DNA of 64,000 nt. Source: Lachnospiraceae bacterium. GTDB lineage: Bacteria > Bacillota > Clostridia > Lachnospirales > Lachnospiraceae. The DNA is taken from contig JAILCB010000083.1 in the NCBI GenBank assembly GCA_024680595.1, forward strand, positions 1,664 to 65,663, in the 5' to 3' direction. Shown here piece after piece: positions 39,675 to 49,193 of this stretch. The notes beneath the pieces were generated by a model that had not been told where the DNA came from, did no database searches, and saw only the letters and a program-made list of their open reading frames with translations. Position 1 is the stretch's first letter; every line of letters starts with the position of its first letter. The position numbers were made by a program, and so were the translations under genes.

Positions 39675-40469
39675 TCATTCCCCGGCTTCTTTATTCTTCT
39701 TCCCGCCCCTTATGTATCTGCGCACCATGGCATCCGTCCTTTTCTGGGACCAGCGGACCACCTTGATGCCCTTACGCTTGGTAGCTCTGCGCATAAGGCC
39801 CAAGACCTGCTGCAGGTACTGAAGAGTGACCTTGGTGCTGAGCTTGGACTCCCCGCTCTCCCGGTTCTGGAAAGTATAGGGAATCTCTACTATCTTTTCA
39901 TATTCCGACATGGCCAAGACTTCCACCATGATTTTCCAGCCCACCGGCTGCAGATCCGCTTTCTCAATACACTTTCTGCGGAACATGAATAAGCCGCTGG
40001 TGGGATCGCTCACCTTTCTGAGACAGGGCAGGGCGATTTTTCCAATCCACCGGGCCGTGCCGGATACGAACTTTCTATACCAATTCAGTCCCCCGTCATT
40101 GCCTCCGGGTATGAGTCTGCTGGGAATACAAAAGTCTGCCCCGGACCGAAGCGCCGCATACATGGGTCTTAAGATTGCAGGGGGATGCTGCAAATCCGCA
40201 TCCATACAGGCCAGGAAATCCCCTTCTGCAATGCGGAAGCCCCGAATAACCGCCGTAGCCAGTCCGGTTTCCCCGACTCTGTGCTCATAGCGCACATGAG
40301 AATTCTCCTTAGAAAGCTTCTCTAGGATTTCAGGTGTTTCATCGGTACTGTCGTCAATAAAGACAATTTCATACTCTATCCCTGTCAGTGCATCTCCGAT
40401 CTGACTCACCAGATTCTCTACATTTCCCTTTTCATTAAAAGTAGGTACCACTACAGATAATTTTTCCAT
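39675..40469 (-). CDS. GT2 glycosyltransferase (polyprenol-phosphate mannose synthase-like)
   Basis: SVVVPTFNE, IDDSTD, MDADLQHPP, SDPTSG, RESGESK. Confidence 0.9.
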   Translation of the reverse strand: MEKLSVVVPTFNEKGNVENLVSQIGDALTGIEYEIVFIDDSTDETPEILEKLSKENSHVRYEHRVGETGLATAVIRGFRIAEGDFLACMDADLQHPPAILRPMYAALRSGADFCIPSRLIPGGNDGGLNWYRKFVSGTARWIGKIALPCLRKVSDPTSGLFMFRRKCIEKADLQPVGWKIMVEVLAMSEYEKIVEIPYTFQNRESGESKLSTKVTLQYLQQVLGLMRRATKRKGIKVVRWSQKRTDAMVRRYIRGGKKNKEAGE

Positions 40470-40643
40470 TTTTCCCTCTCCGCCGTTCTACCTGTCCTTT
40501 GGGTTCCGGCTTCACCCCTGATTATCATTACTATGTGACAAGCCTACAGAGTAAATTTCCATTGGGTCTATTATGCCTCTCTTGATTATATCTATTGTCA
40601 AGGCTATCGCTTCATTATATGTGAGTAGGCCGCACTTAGTCAA

Positions 40644-40878
40644 CCGCCCGGAAATATCTGGGACCGATAGGGCACACTGTCGAACCCGCTGATGGGGTTC
40701 CGACCTAATCAGCCGCCCGGAAATATCCGGGGCCGAAAGGGCACACTGTCGAACCCGCTGACGGGATCCCGACCTAAAAGCCGCCCGGGAATATCCGGGG
40801 CCGGAAGAGCACACTGTCGAACCCGCTGATGGGATCCCGACCTAAAAAGCCGCCCGGGAATATCTGGGACCGATAGGA
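40644..40878. repeat. Tandem repeat, 68-69 bp unit x about 3.5, between the divergent GT2 and ferredoxin genes
   Basis: CCGCCCGG(A/G)AATATC at 40644, 40713, 40781 and 40850. Confidence 0.9.
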
Positions 40879-41161
40879 CGGACTAAAAGTAAGGAGACCG
40901 GTTGACTAGATATGAGAAAGCAGGACAGGCGGACTTGGCATGAGCTTTTCCGGACCCGAAAGGACGGACTGACAGGGAGAAGACAAGATCTTGACACGAA
41001 TGATAATATAGTATCAAGTAGATAAAGAATGGGTTTTCCTTTTAATGGCTGCCTCCTCATTTCAAGGGAGGGAAACAGAAAGGAGAAAGGAAGAATTTCT
41101 CCAGCATTTATTTCTGAAAGGAGAACCCGAAACAGTATTTATGGAGAAAGCTGGTGAATGT

Positions 41162-41353
41162 ATGAGAGTTGAAGTTGGAAAAGATTGTGTGGGATGCGGT
41201 ATTTGTGCCTATCATGTGCCTGAGGTTTTCCATATGTCCGATGAGGGCACCTCGGTTCCTATCCAGGGCCAGATCCCTGCCCATCTGGAGCAGAAGGTGA
41301 AGGAAGCCCAGGATAATTGTCCTGCATCTGTTATCAAGGTTTTTGAACAGTAA
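41162..41353 (+). CDS. Ferredoxin (single cluster)
   Basis: CVGCGIC...PEVF...CP; 63 aa from ATG at 41162. Confidence 0.9.
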   Translation: MRVEVGKDCVGCGICAYHVPEVFHMSDEGTSVPIQGQIPAHLEQKVKEAQDNCPASVIKVFEQ

Positions 41354-41428
41354 GGCATTTGCGGACGTGCCTTGTAGCTCATCAGAGTTGAGGTACGCCA
41401 TGAGCCTTTGGCTCCTCGTTCTATGCAG

Positions 41429-41470
41429 AGAGGCGGTGAAAGGAAGAACCCTCCTTTCACCGCCTCTTTC
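41429..41470. terminator. Terminator hairpin (16-bp stem) between convergent genes
   Basis: AGAGGCGGTGAAAGGA pairs with TCCTTTCACCGCCTCT. Confidence 0.8.
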
Positions 41471-41621
41471 TATATTGCGGCAATTACATTTCCAGTGCCA
41501 AAATCCTCTTCCTTTCAGTTTTAAGAAGGAAAACCGATTCAGGTTTAATAGTATCCTTTCACTATCCTACCGCGGGGAGCCGGCCGGTCATCCTCAGAAA
41601 TCCAACAGGCATCAGATAAAC

Positions 41622-43625
41622 TCAATTCTGATTATTCATTAACTCTCCCAAAGTGGTTTCACCCCAGCTGTAGTTTGTCAGATAGCTGCCCTTGAATAGC
41701 TGGGCGTATTCCTCCTTGCCGGACAGATAATTATAGAGGTCGCAATCCACCTTCTCCATGACAATGCGGCGCTTTCCATCCACGGCCTCAATGACCTCGG
41801 AAATACCGTACTCCTCCAGGGTGCTCTTCAACCGCAGAGCCACCTTCCGGTAGCGAGACAGGGTCAGGGTATTTACAGGCTCGTCCTCCCAGAGAAAACC
41901 GATGGCCTCCTCCGATGTCACATAGCCTCCCTTGCGGTCCACCAGCAGGGCGAAAAGCTCCTTGGCTTTTTTATTCCGGAAGGCGATGGGGCTTTCGCCC
42001 ACAAAGACATCGAAATAGCCAAAGGTTCGGATGGATACCGTCCGGTTCTCCTGCAGCTTTTGCTTTTCCTCCGCAGAATTCCCGTCCACCTCATATAGCA
42101 TGACATAGCGGGAGGAATTCGGCGTGGGCTCCTTCTCAGAGCAGATAGCCTTTATCCTGCGCTCCGTCTCCGTCTGGTAATCAAAATAGGTAAACTCGGC
42201 CTCTCCTGTCCTTAGCAGATTGGCAATGTCCTCGTAGGTAGCCTCGCTATAGGCAATGAAGTTTTCCAGGGGAGTAAACCGCTCTGTCAGAGGCAGCCAC
42301 TCCTCCTTGGTATAGCCAAAGAACTCACAGACATTCTCACTGGCATATAAGGGCTTTACCGCCCCCTCCGGGGAAATCTCAAAGGCCGCCAGACCATCGG
42401 AGAACTGTAGGACCAGATCCCGCATTCTGCCCTTTAGCTGGTCATTCTCTGCCTTCAATACCTCGGACTCCACGATTTCCTTTGTCTCTCGGCAGCAGTA
42501 AAAGCTATTAGACTCGTCCACCTTGATAATGACGCCCGTATAATGCTTGGTGCTGCCAGCGGAAGAAAGGGCATCATAAGCGATTTTGGGAGGCTCCCCG
42601 TCTGTCCCCTGCATCCTTTTCTGCAGGAAATCCAGGAAAAAGTGGCGCAGGCTGTCCCGATTCTCCCTGGCCACGGCGGCTGTAAGCCACTTATCCAGGG
42701 CGTCGTCGATCTGCATGGCTATATTCTCCACCGGCTTAAAGGACGAATTATCATCACAATATATGCACTTAACTGTATTCGCATCCAGATTAAATTCAAA
42801 GATCTTGTCATATACATCCGCAAGAGCCTGGATGTAGCGCTTATTTTCACTGGTCTGCCGCGCTTTATAACGCTCCGTGATATCCATGCAGACACTCTGA
42901 AATTCCGCCTCTCCTTCATCATTGACGGTTTTCGTCACCCAGCCAAAGACCCGGGCGCGGGTTCCGTCACAGCGAAGCACGGCCATATCCCCGGCTGCCG
43001 GAACCTCCGTAGCAAAAACCTGATTCAGCTGCTTGGAGAATTTGCGGCGTTCCTCCATGGGAATCATCAGGAAAATATTACTCTTATACATTTCCAGATA
43101 ATCCAGCTCCCCGTTCTTTACCTGGGGAAAATGAAGGATTTCAATCATTTTTTGATTAATATATGTAATTCTGGGCTGCTTTTCGCAGGTATATCTCATG
43201 AATCCGCAGGGAACGGTGTCATGAAGAAAACGCAGCTCATTATTTTCATTCTTCAGATCGGTTACAGGCGTCAGAACAGAAGCTCCTATAAAGCTTCCGT
43301 CTTCCTCCCTCCTAGGTGTAATTGTATCCCTAACGCAAATAACACTACCGTCCTTTTTTACCAGACGGTAGTCGCAGGTAAGAGACTGTTTTTTCAGCCT
43401 AATTCTATGAATAAATTCGGAATACCGCTCTCGGTCTGCAGGATGCACCTTCTGTGCGTAAAGATCCTGCCCCTCATCTAGCAGTTCATCCTCCTCTACC
43501 CCCAATAAATCACATAAATTACGGCTGACATAATTCAAATGAACGGGGGGATTCAGCACATATTGATGAAAACCGCAGACTTGAAGGTCAAGTATCTCCT
43601 CCATATTTTGCAGTACCTTATTCAT
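41622..43625 (-). CDS. Multi-PAS-domain transcriptional regulator with a C-terminal SARP-like winged helix
   Basis: PAS motifs (YVSRNLCDLLG, VHPADRE, YRLVKKDGS; YINQKM; YASENVCEFFGY). C-terminal IRTFGYFDVFV...KAKELFALLVDRKG...LWED...RLKSTL...CDLY...YSW. ATG at 43625 after AAGGAG. Confidence 0.8.
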   Translation of the reverse strand: MNKVLQNMEEILDLQVCGFHQYVLNPPVHLNYVSRNLCDLLGVEEDELLDEGQDLYAQKVHPADRERYSEFIHRIRLKKQSLTCDYRLVKKDGSVICVRDTITPRREEDGSFIGASVLTPVTDLKNENNELRFLHDTVPCGFMRYTCEKQPRITYINQKMIEILHFPQVKNGELDYLEMYKSNIFLMIPMEERRKFSKQLNQVFATEVPAAGDMAVLRCDGTRARVFGWVTKTVNDEGEAEFQSVCMDITERYKARQTSENKRYIQALADVYDKIFEFNLDANTVKCIYCDDNSSFKPVENIAMQIDDALDKWLTAAVARENRDSLRHFFLDFLQKRMQGTDGEPPKIAYDALSSAGSTKHYTGVIIKVDESNSFYCCRETKEIVESEVLKAENDQLKGRMRDLVLQFSDGLAAFEISPEGAVKPLYASENVCEFFGYTKEEWLPLTERFTPLENFIAYSEATYEDIANLLRTGEAEFTYFDYQTETERRIKAICSEKEPTPNSSRYVMLYEVDGNSAEEKQKLQENRTVSIRTFGYFDVFVGESPIAFRNKKAKELFALLVDRKGGYVTSEEAIGFLWEDEPVNTLTLSRYRKVALRLKSTLEEYGISEVIEAVDGKRRIVMEKVDCDLYNYLSGKEEYAQLFKGSYLTNYSWGETTLGELMNNQN

Positions 43626-43744
43626 AGTATCTCCTTCTATAGAGTGAAAGCCTTTGTGGCAGGCAATTACCATGAAAACCCGCCGCATGTCAAATAGAAA
43701 CAAAAGGCCTTTCACTCACAGCATCTATTTTTCCCGGGACCCTA

Positions 43745-45379
43745 CTAGCCCTGACCGCGAAGCACAGTCTTTTGGATCTTATTACTCATGGTCTTTTTCA
43801 TTTCCGAAACAAACTCGATCCGGCGTACCCACTTGTACTCCGCCAGCTTTTGATTGCAGAAATTCTTGATTTCCAGTTCCAACTGGGAAGAGGCTGTATA
43901 GCCTGCACCCAAAACAATGAAGGCCTTGATGGCCTGACCCCGGAGCTTGTCCGGCACCCCGATGACACTGCACTCCAGCACGGCGGGATGCTCCATGAGG
44001 ACATTCTCCACCTCATAAGGGCCCACCCGGAAACCGCCAGTCTTTATAATATCATCAAATCGCCCATAAAACCAATAGTGGCCGTCCTCATCTCTGTATG
44101 CCGCATCTCCTGTATGATAAACACCGCCACGCCAAACATAACTGTATTGCTCCTCATTGTCAAGATAGGCGGTCAGCACCCCGGTCTGTTTTCCGTCCTT
44201 TTCCGGAATTACGACAATTTCGCCAATCTCACCGGTGGCCACAGGATGGCCGTCCTTTCCCCGCAATTCTATATTATAAAAGGGCGAGGGCATGCCCAGA
44301 GCCCCGTCTATGGACTCATAGCCCTTGAAATTTGCCATTAGAAGGGTGGTCTCAGTCTGGCCGTAACCATTGCACAGCTTTAATCCGGTTACCTCCGTAA
44401 ACTTGCGGAAGACCTCCGGCGCCAGCATTTCTCCTGCCGTAGAGGCATGCTTCAGCCCCGGCATAGGGGGAATGCCCTTCCGGACCAGATAGCGGAATAC
44501 CGTAGGCGGTGCACAGAACGATGTGACACCGTATTGATTAATGATTCCGATCAGCTGCTTGGGCTCAAAATTATCAAAATCATATACCATAACGGCGCTG
44601 CCGACAAGCCATTGGCCATAAATTTTTCCCCAGGAGGCTTTGGCCCACCCGGTCTCCGCCACGGTGAAGTGCAGTCCATTATCCTCGGCCTGCTGCCAAT
44701 ACTTGGCTGTTACGATATGGGCCAGGGGATAGCTGAAGTCATGAATAACCCCCTTGGGATAGCCCGTGGTACCGGATGTGAAATAGAGCATCATTGGATC
44801 CGTCACATGAGTCTCTATGCGGTCCAGCCTGTCCGAGGCGGCCCTGATGGCCTTTGTCAGATTTTCAAAGCCCTCCGCATCCTCCTGCACGCACCAGAGC
44901 CTGGCCGTCCGTCCGGACTCCTCTAAGGCCGCCTTGATTTTCTGCGGCACCTCATCCTGGGTGGTGCAGACAATGGCCTTTGCCTTGGAAGACTTGATTC
45001 GGTAGACCAAGTCGCTGACCGTCAGCATATGGGTGGCCGGTATCATAATTGCACCAATCCTGTGCAGGGCCACTGCCGCAAACCAATATTCATAATGCCG
45101 CTTCAGGATCAGCATGACATGATCACCCCGTCCAATTCCGGCCTGCAGGAAGACATTAGCCATCCTATTACTATAATCCTTTATATCTGCAAAGGAGAAG
45201 ACATGCTCTTCTCCTTCCACATTACACCAGACAAGGGCCCGTTTCTCCGGCTCTTTATCTGCAATTCTATCTACAACATCATAAGCAAAGTTAAAGTTGT
45301 CGGGATAATCAAGCGAAAGTTCCTTTATCCTGCCTTCCTCATCAAATACTTCCCTACAGAACTCTTTGTATACGCTCAT
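43745..45379 (-). CDS. AMP-forming acyl-CoA synthetase (short/medium-chain type)
   Basis: YFTSGTTGYPKG, GYGQTET, YHTGD, GRFDDIIK; its RBS overlaps the accA stop region. Confidence 0.9.
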   Translation of the reverse strand: MSVYKEFCREVFDEEGRIKELSLDYPDNFNFAYDVVDRIADKEPEKRALVWCNVEGEEHVFSFADIKDYSNRMANVFLQAGIGRGDHVMLILKRHYEYWFAAVALHRIGAIMIPATHMLTVSDLVYRIKSSKAKAIVCTTQDEVPQKIKAALEESGRTARLWCVQEDAEGFENLTKAIRAASDRLDRIETHVTDPMMLYFTSGTTGYPKGVIHDFSYPLAHIVTAKYWQQAEDNGLHFTVAETGWAKASWGKIYGQWLVGSAVMVYDFDNFEPKQLIGIINQYGVTSFCAPPTVFRYLVRKGIPPMPGLKHASTAGEMLAPEVFRKFTEVTGLKLCNGYGQTETTLLMANFKGYESIDGALGMPSPFYNIELRGKDGHPVATGEIGEIVVIPEKDGKQTGVLTAYLDNEEQYSYVWRGGVYHTGDAAYRDEDGHYWFYGRFDDIIKTGGFRVGPYEVENVLMEHPAVLECSVIGVPDKLRGQAIKAFIVLGAGYTASSQLELEIKNFCNQKLAEYKWVRRIEFVSEMKKTMSNKIQKTVLRGQG

Positions 45380-45381
45380 TC

Positions 45382-46173
45382 TCACTCCTTGATGACTGCA
45401 CTGACTCCTAGCTTCCGGAATCTGTCATAGCGGTTCTGGGTTAAATCAATATCCCCGGACAGATCCTTTATTTCATCCTTTAATAATTCCCGGATGCGGT
45501 CATAAAACTCTTTCTTCCCCAGATCATTTTCAGAAAGGATCCTCTCTATTACTCCCAGGCTTCTGGCATCCTCAGCCGTTAATTTCAGGCTTTCTGCCGC
45601 CACATCCGCCTTGCCGGAATCCTTCCAGAGAATACTGGCACAGCCCTCGGGAGAAATGACGGAATACCAGGCATTCTGCATCATCCAGACCCTATCCGCA
45701 ACTGCCAGGCCCAGGGCTCCCCCGCTGCCTCCCTCTCCAATTAGAATGGAGATAATGGGAACACAAAGGGTGGACATTTCCAGCAGATTCTCCGCAATGG
45801 CCTGTCCCTGGCCCCGCTTTTCCGCCCCCACACCACAATAGGCCCCGGAGGTGTCCACAAAGCAGATGATGGGTCTGCCGAATTTCTCCGCCTGCTTCAT
45901 GAGGCGCAGGGCCTTCCGGTAGCCTTCGGGCTGGGGCATGCCGAAATTCCGATAATTACGCTCTTTTGCCGTATGTCCCTTCTCAATGGCTATTACTGTT
46001 ACGGGACAGTCATCCAGCCTGGCAATACCTCCTACCATGGCGGGATCGTCCGCATAGCGCCGGTCCCCGTGAAATTCAATAAATCCTTTAAAAATATTTC
46101 TAATATAATCTAACCCGGTCGGCCTCTTGCTGTCACGGGCCAGCTTCACTCTATCGTAAGCGCCTGTGCTCAT
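45382..46173 (-). CDS. accA: Acetyl-CoA carboxylase carboxyltransferase alpha
   Basis: FHGDR, NFGMPQPEGYRKA, GEGGSGGA, VISPEGCASILW. Confidence 0.95.
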   Translation of the reverse strand: MSTGAYDRVKLARDSKRPTGLDYIRNIFKGFIEFHGDRRYADDPAMVGGIARLDDCPVTVIAIEKGHTAKERNYRNFGMPQPEGYRKALRLMKQAEKFGRPIICFVDTSGAYCGVGAEKRGQGQAIAENLLEMSTLCVPIISILIGEGGSGGALGLAVADRVWMMQNAWYSVISPEGCASILWKDSGKADVAAESLKLTAEDARSLGVIERILSENDLGKKEFYDRIRELLKDEIKDLSGDIDLTQNRYDRFRKLGVSAVIKE

Positions 46174-47030
46174 ACCACTGCCCTCCCATTGTGCATTTTC
46201 AAAATCGCAGTCAGATATTTCCTTTGATTGGGCCGCGGAATGATGCTGTCAATAAATCCATGCTCCATCACAAACTCCGAGGTCTGGAAACCGTCGGGCA
46301 GGGCCTTCTTTGTGGTTTGCTCGATGACTCTGGCGCCTGCAAAGCCAACCGTTGCCCCGGGCTCGGCCAGGATGATATCCGCCTCCATGGCGAAGCTGGC
46401 TGTCACCCCTCCGGTTGTGGGATCCGTCAGAACCGCAATATATAATAGTCCCGCATCGCTGTGGCGCTTTACCGCAACACTGGTCTTGGCCATCTGCATG
46501 AGGGACAGAAGCCCCTCCTGCATCCGGGCGCCGCCGGATACCGTGAATCCTACAACAGGCAGCCGGTGCTCCACCGCATATTCGAAAAGCTCCGTGATTT
46601 TCTCGCCAACGGCGCTGCCCATGCTGCCCATCATGAAATAGGACTCCATGACAAAGAGACAGCATTTCTGTCTGCCAATGGCCGCTGTTCCGCAGACCAC
46701 CGCTTCCTGCTCACCGCTTGCCGCATGGACGGTCTCGATCTTACTATTATAGCCGGGGAAATTCAGGGGATTATCTGCTTTCAGATTCGAAAAGAGCTCG
46801 TGAAAGCTCCCCTTATCGGCGATCATTTTGATGCGCTGCCGTGCTTTCATCCGGAAATGATAACCGCAGGGGCATACCAGATCATTGGCCCACAGACGGC
46901 TTAGCGGTATGTCCTTGTGACAATTCGGACACTTCTTTTCAGGCTCGCCGGCATCTTCCTGTACAGGGGCGGCAGTACGTCCGCCCTCTTCCAATTTGTT
47001 CTTGGGTTTCAAAAAACTTAATAAGGCCAT
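46170..47030 (-). CDS. accD: Acetyl-CoA carboxylase carboxyltransferase beta
   Basis: KCPNC Zn finger, MGSMG, SGGARMQEG, PTTGGVTAS. Confidence 0.95.
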   Translation of the reverse strand: MALLSFLKPKNKLEEGGRTAAPVQEDAGEPEKKCPNCHKDIPLSRLWANDLVCPCGYHFRMKARQRIKMIADKGSFHELFSNLKADNPLNFPGYNSKIETVHAASGEQEAVVCGTAAIGRQKCCLFVMESYFMMGSMGSAVGEKITELFEYAVEHRLPVVGFTVSGGARMQEGLLSLMQMAKTSVAVKRHSDAGLLYIAVLTDPTTGGVTASFAMEADIILAEPGATVGFAGARVIEQTTKKALPDGFQTSEFVMEHGFIDSIIPRPNQRKYLTAILKMHNGRAVV

Positions 47031-47034
47031 TTCT

Positions 47035-48342
47035 TCACCTGTTTCCCATAAAAGTCAAATCATACTTTCCGGATGTGAAACGCTCATCCTCCACAATTCG
47101 CAGCTGCTCTTCTATATTGGTCTGTATGCCGTCAATCACCAATTCGCAGAGGGACGCCCTCATTTTTCGCAATGTTTCCTCCCGGGTCTTGGCATATACG
47201 ATTAGCTTTCCCACCAAGGAGTCATAATAGGGAGATATTACCGTGCCCTCAATCAGAGCCGTGTCAAAGCGGACAGAGGGTCCCCCGGGCACGTGAAGCA
47301 TTTTCAGGGTTCCGCAGCTGCCTGCATTGATGCGGCATTCGATGGCAGAGCCCTTCATTCTGACATCCTCCTGGGTGAAATTCAGGGGAATGCCGGCCGC
47401 AATCCGGATCTGCCACTTGACCAAATCGATACCGGTCAGCATTTCCGTTACGCAATGCTCCACCTGCAGGCGGACATTCATTTCCATGAACCAGAAGTTG
47501 CCTTCTTGATCCAATAGGAACTCCATGGTTCCGGCCCCCACATAGCCGATTTTCTTCACGGCCTCTACCGCAAGAGTCATGATCTTCTGCCTCTGCTCAT
47601 CACTGACGGCGGGAGAAGGGGTTTCCTCCAATAATTTCTGGTTTCTTCTCTGCAGGGAGCAGTCCCTGTCCCCCAGACAGACTGCATTTCCGTTTTCATC
47701 TGCAAGGATCTGCAGTTCCACATGTCTGGCGGGGAAAATATATTTTTCCAGATATACGCTGCCGTCACCAAAGGCACTCAGGGCTTCACTGCTGGCCTGG
47801 TGGTAATTCTCTTCCAGCTCGTCCTCCGACCGGATGAGCCTGATGCCCCGGCCGCCGCCGCCCGCGCAGGCCTTGAGCATTACCGGATATCCTATGGCCC
47901 GGGCCGCGCTTTTGGCTTCCTCCACGGAAGATACCGCCTTGGTGCCGGGAATTACGGTGAGACCCGTGCTGCGTATGAGCTCCTTTAATACTGCCTTGTC
48001 ACTAAGGCGCTCCATGCTTTCCGGATCGGGGCCTATAAATACCAATCCGTTCTTTCTGCAGGCACGGGCAAAATGTGCATTCTCAGAAAGGAATCCGTAA
48101 CCGGGATGAATCGCCTGAGCCCCCGCCAGAATAGCGGTGCTAATGATTTGATTCTCATTCAGATAGCTTTCAGAGGCCTCCGGGCCGCCGATGCAAAAGC
48201 TTTGATCGGCCAGGGCCACATGCAGGGCATTTCTATCCGCCTCCGAATATACCGCCAGCGTGGCTACGCCCATTTCCTTACAAGCCCGAATGATACGGAC
48301 GGCGACCTCGCCACGGTTGGCGATCAGTATTTTTGAAAACAT
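47035..48342 (-). CDS. accC: Biotin carboxylase
   Basis: ILIANRGE, HPGYGFLSEN, GGGGRG, EMNVRLQVEH, YYDS. Confidence 0.95.
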   Translation of the reverse strand: MFSKILIANRGEVAVRIIRACKEMGVATLAVYSEADRNALHVALADQSFCIGGPEASESYLNENQIISTAILAGAQAIHPGYGFLSENAHFARACRKNGLVFIGPDPESMERLSDKAVLKELIRSTGLTVIPGTKAVSSVEEAKSAARAIGYPVMLKACAGGGGRGIRLIRSEDELEENYHQASSEALSAFGDGSVYLEKYIFPARHVELQILADENGNAVCLGDRDCSLQRRNQKLLEETPSPAVSDEQRQKIMTLAVEAVKKIGYVGAGTMEFLLDQEGNFWFMEMNVRLQVEHCVTEMLTGIDLVKWQIRIAAGIPLNFTQEDVRMKGSAIECRINAGSCGTLKMLHVPGGPSVRFDTALIEGTVISPYYDSLVGKLIVYAKTREETLRKMRASLCELVIDGIQTNIEEQLRIVEDERFTSGKYDLTFMGNR

Positions 48343-48345
48343 AGG

Positions 48346-48762
48346 TTACACTCCTGTAATTGCAAAGGAAAATTCAGCCGATACACAGAGCCTGTCATCC
48401 ACCTTTACCGTCCCCTCCGCAAAGTAGAAAGGATGCTTTGAACGCTTGATGTGGCACTGAGTCTCTATCCTGTCTCCCGGTTTCACAGGGGAACGGAATT
48501 TCACGTTATTAAGGCCTGTATAAACCGGCAGCTTTCCATCAACCATTTGATCCTGCATGAGTACGCAGGCCGACTGGGCCAATATCTCACAGAGAATGAC
48601 CCCGGGCACGATGGGGTTGCCGGGAAAGTGGCCCTGCAGGAAGAATTCATCGCCCCGGACGGTATAGTGTCCAATGGCCGTGCCATCCTGATTCTCCACA
48701 TCGTCCAAAAGCAGCATATTATCTCTGTGAGGCAAAATTGCCATGATTTCTTCTCTATTCAT
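48346..48762 (-). CDS. fabZ: 3-hydroxyacyl-ACP dehydratase
   Basis: LPHR, FLQGHFPGNPIVPGV, KFRSPVKPGD. Confidence 0.92.
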   Translation of the reverse strand: MNREEIMAILPHRDNMLLLDDVENQDGTAIGHYTVRGDEFFLQGHFPGNPIVPGVILCEILAQSACVLMQDQMVDGKLPVYTGLNNVKFRSPVKPGDRIETQCHIKRSKHPFYFAEGTVKVDDRLCVSAEFSFAITGV

Positions 48763-48766
48763 ATTC

Positions 48767-49189
48767 CTACCTTTTGATATGGAAAAGCTCTGTTCCATAC
48801 TCCACTACCTGGCCGTCTGTCACGCAGACCTCTGCTATGACCCCGTCTTCCTCAGCGACAATCTCATTCATGAGCTTCATGGCCTCTACGATGCAGAGTA
48901 CCTGGCCCTTTTTGACCCTGTCCCCAACGGAGACGTAGGGGTCTGCGTTCTCGGCGGATGCCGCATAGAAGACCCCGACGACCGGGGATTTGACGCTAAT
49001 ATAATCCTGGGGCTCAGCCGGGACCGGGGCGGGAAGCCCCGCTTCCGGAACAGAATATACGGTTTCTTTCACCGGCGCGGGAAGGCCCCTCTCCAAACGG
49101 ACCTTGCTGTCTCCTTCTGTGATTTCCAGTCCAGTCAGCTCCAGCTCCTTCATGAGCTCGGCATATTTACGGATATCTGCTTCTTTCAT
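48767..49189 (-). CDS. accB: Biotin carboxyl carrier protein
   Basis: SPVVGVFY and the EAMKLMNE biotinylation motif. Confidence 0.95.
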   Translation of the reverse strand: MKEADIRKYAELMKELELTGLEITEGDSKVRLERGLPAPVKETVYSVPEAGLPAPVPAEPQDYISVKSPVVGVFYAASAENADPYVSVGDRVKKGQVLCIVEAMKLMNEIVAEEDGVIAEVCVTDGQVVEYGTELFHIKR

Positions 49190-49193
49190 GGTC

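Noticed and set aside
40644-40878. CRISPR array (period of about 68 bp)
   Set aside because: The whole unit is conserved, with no unique spacers and no cas genes in the window. The same applies to 5592-5765.
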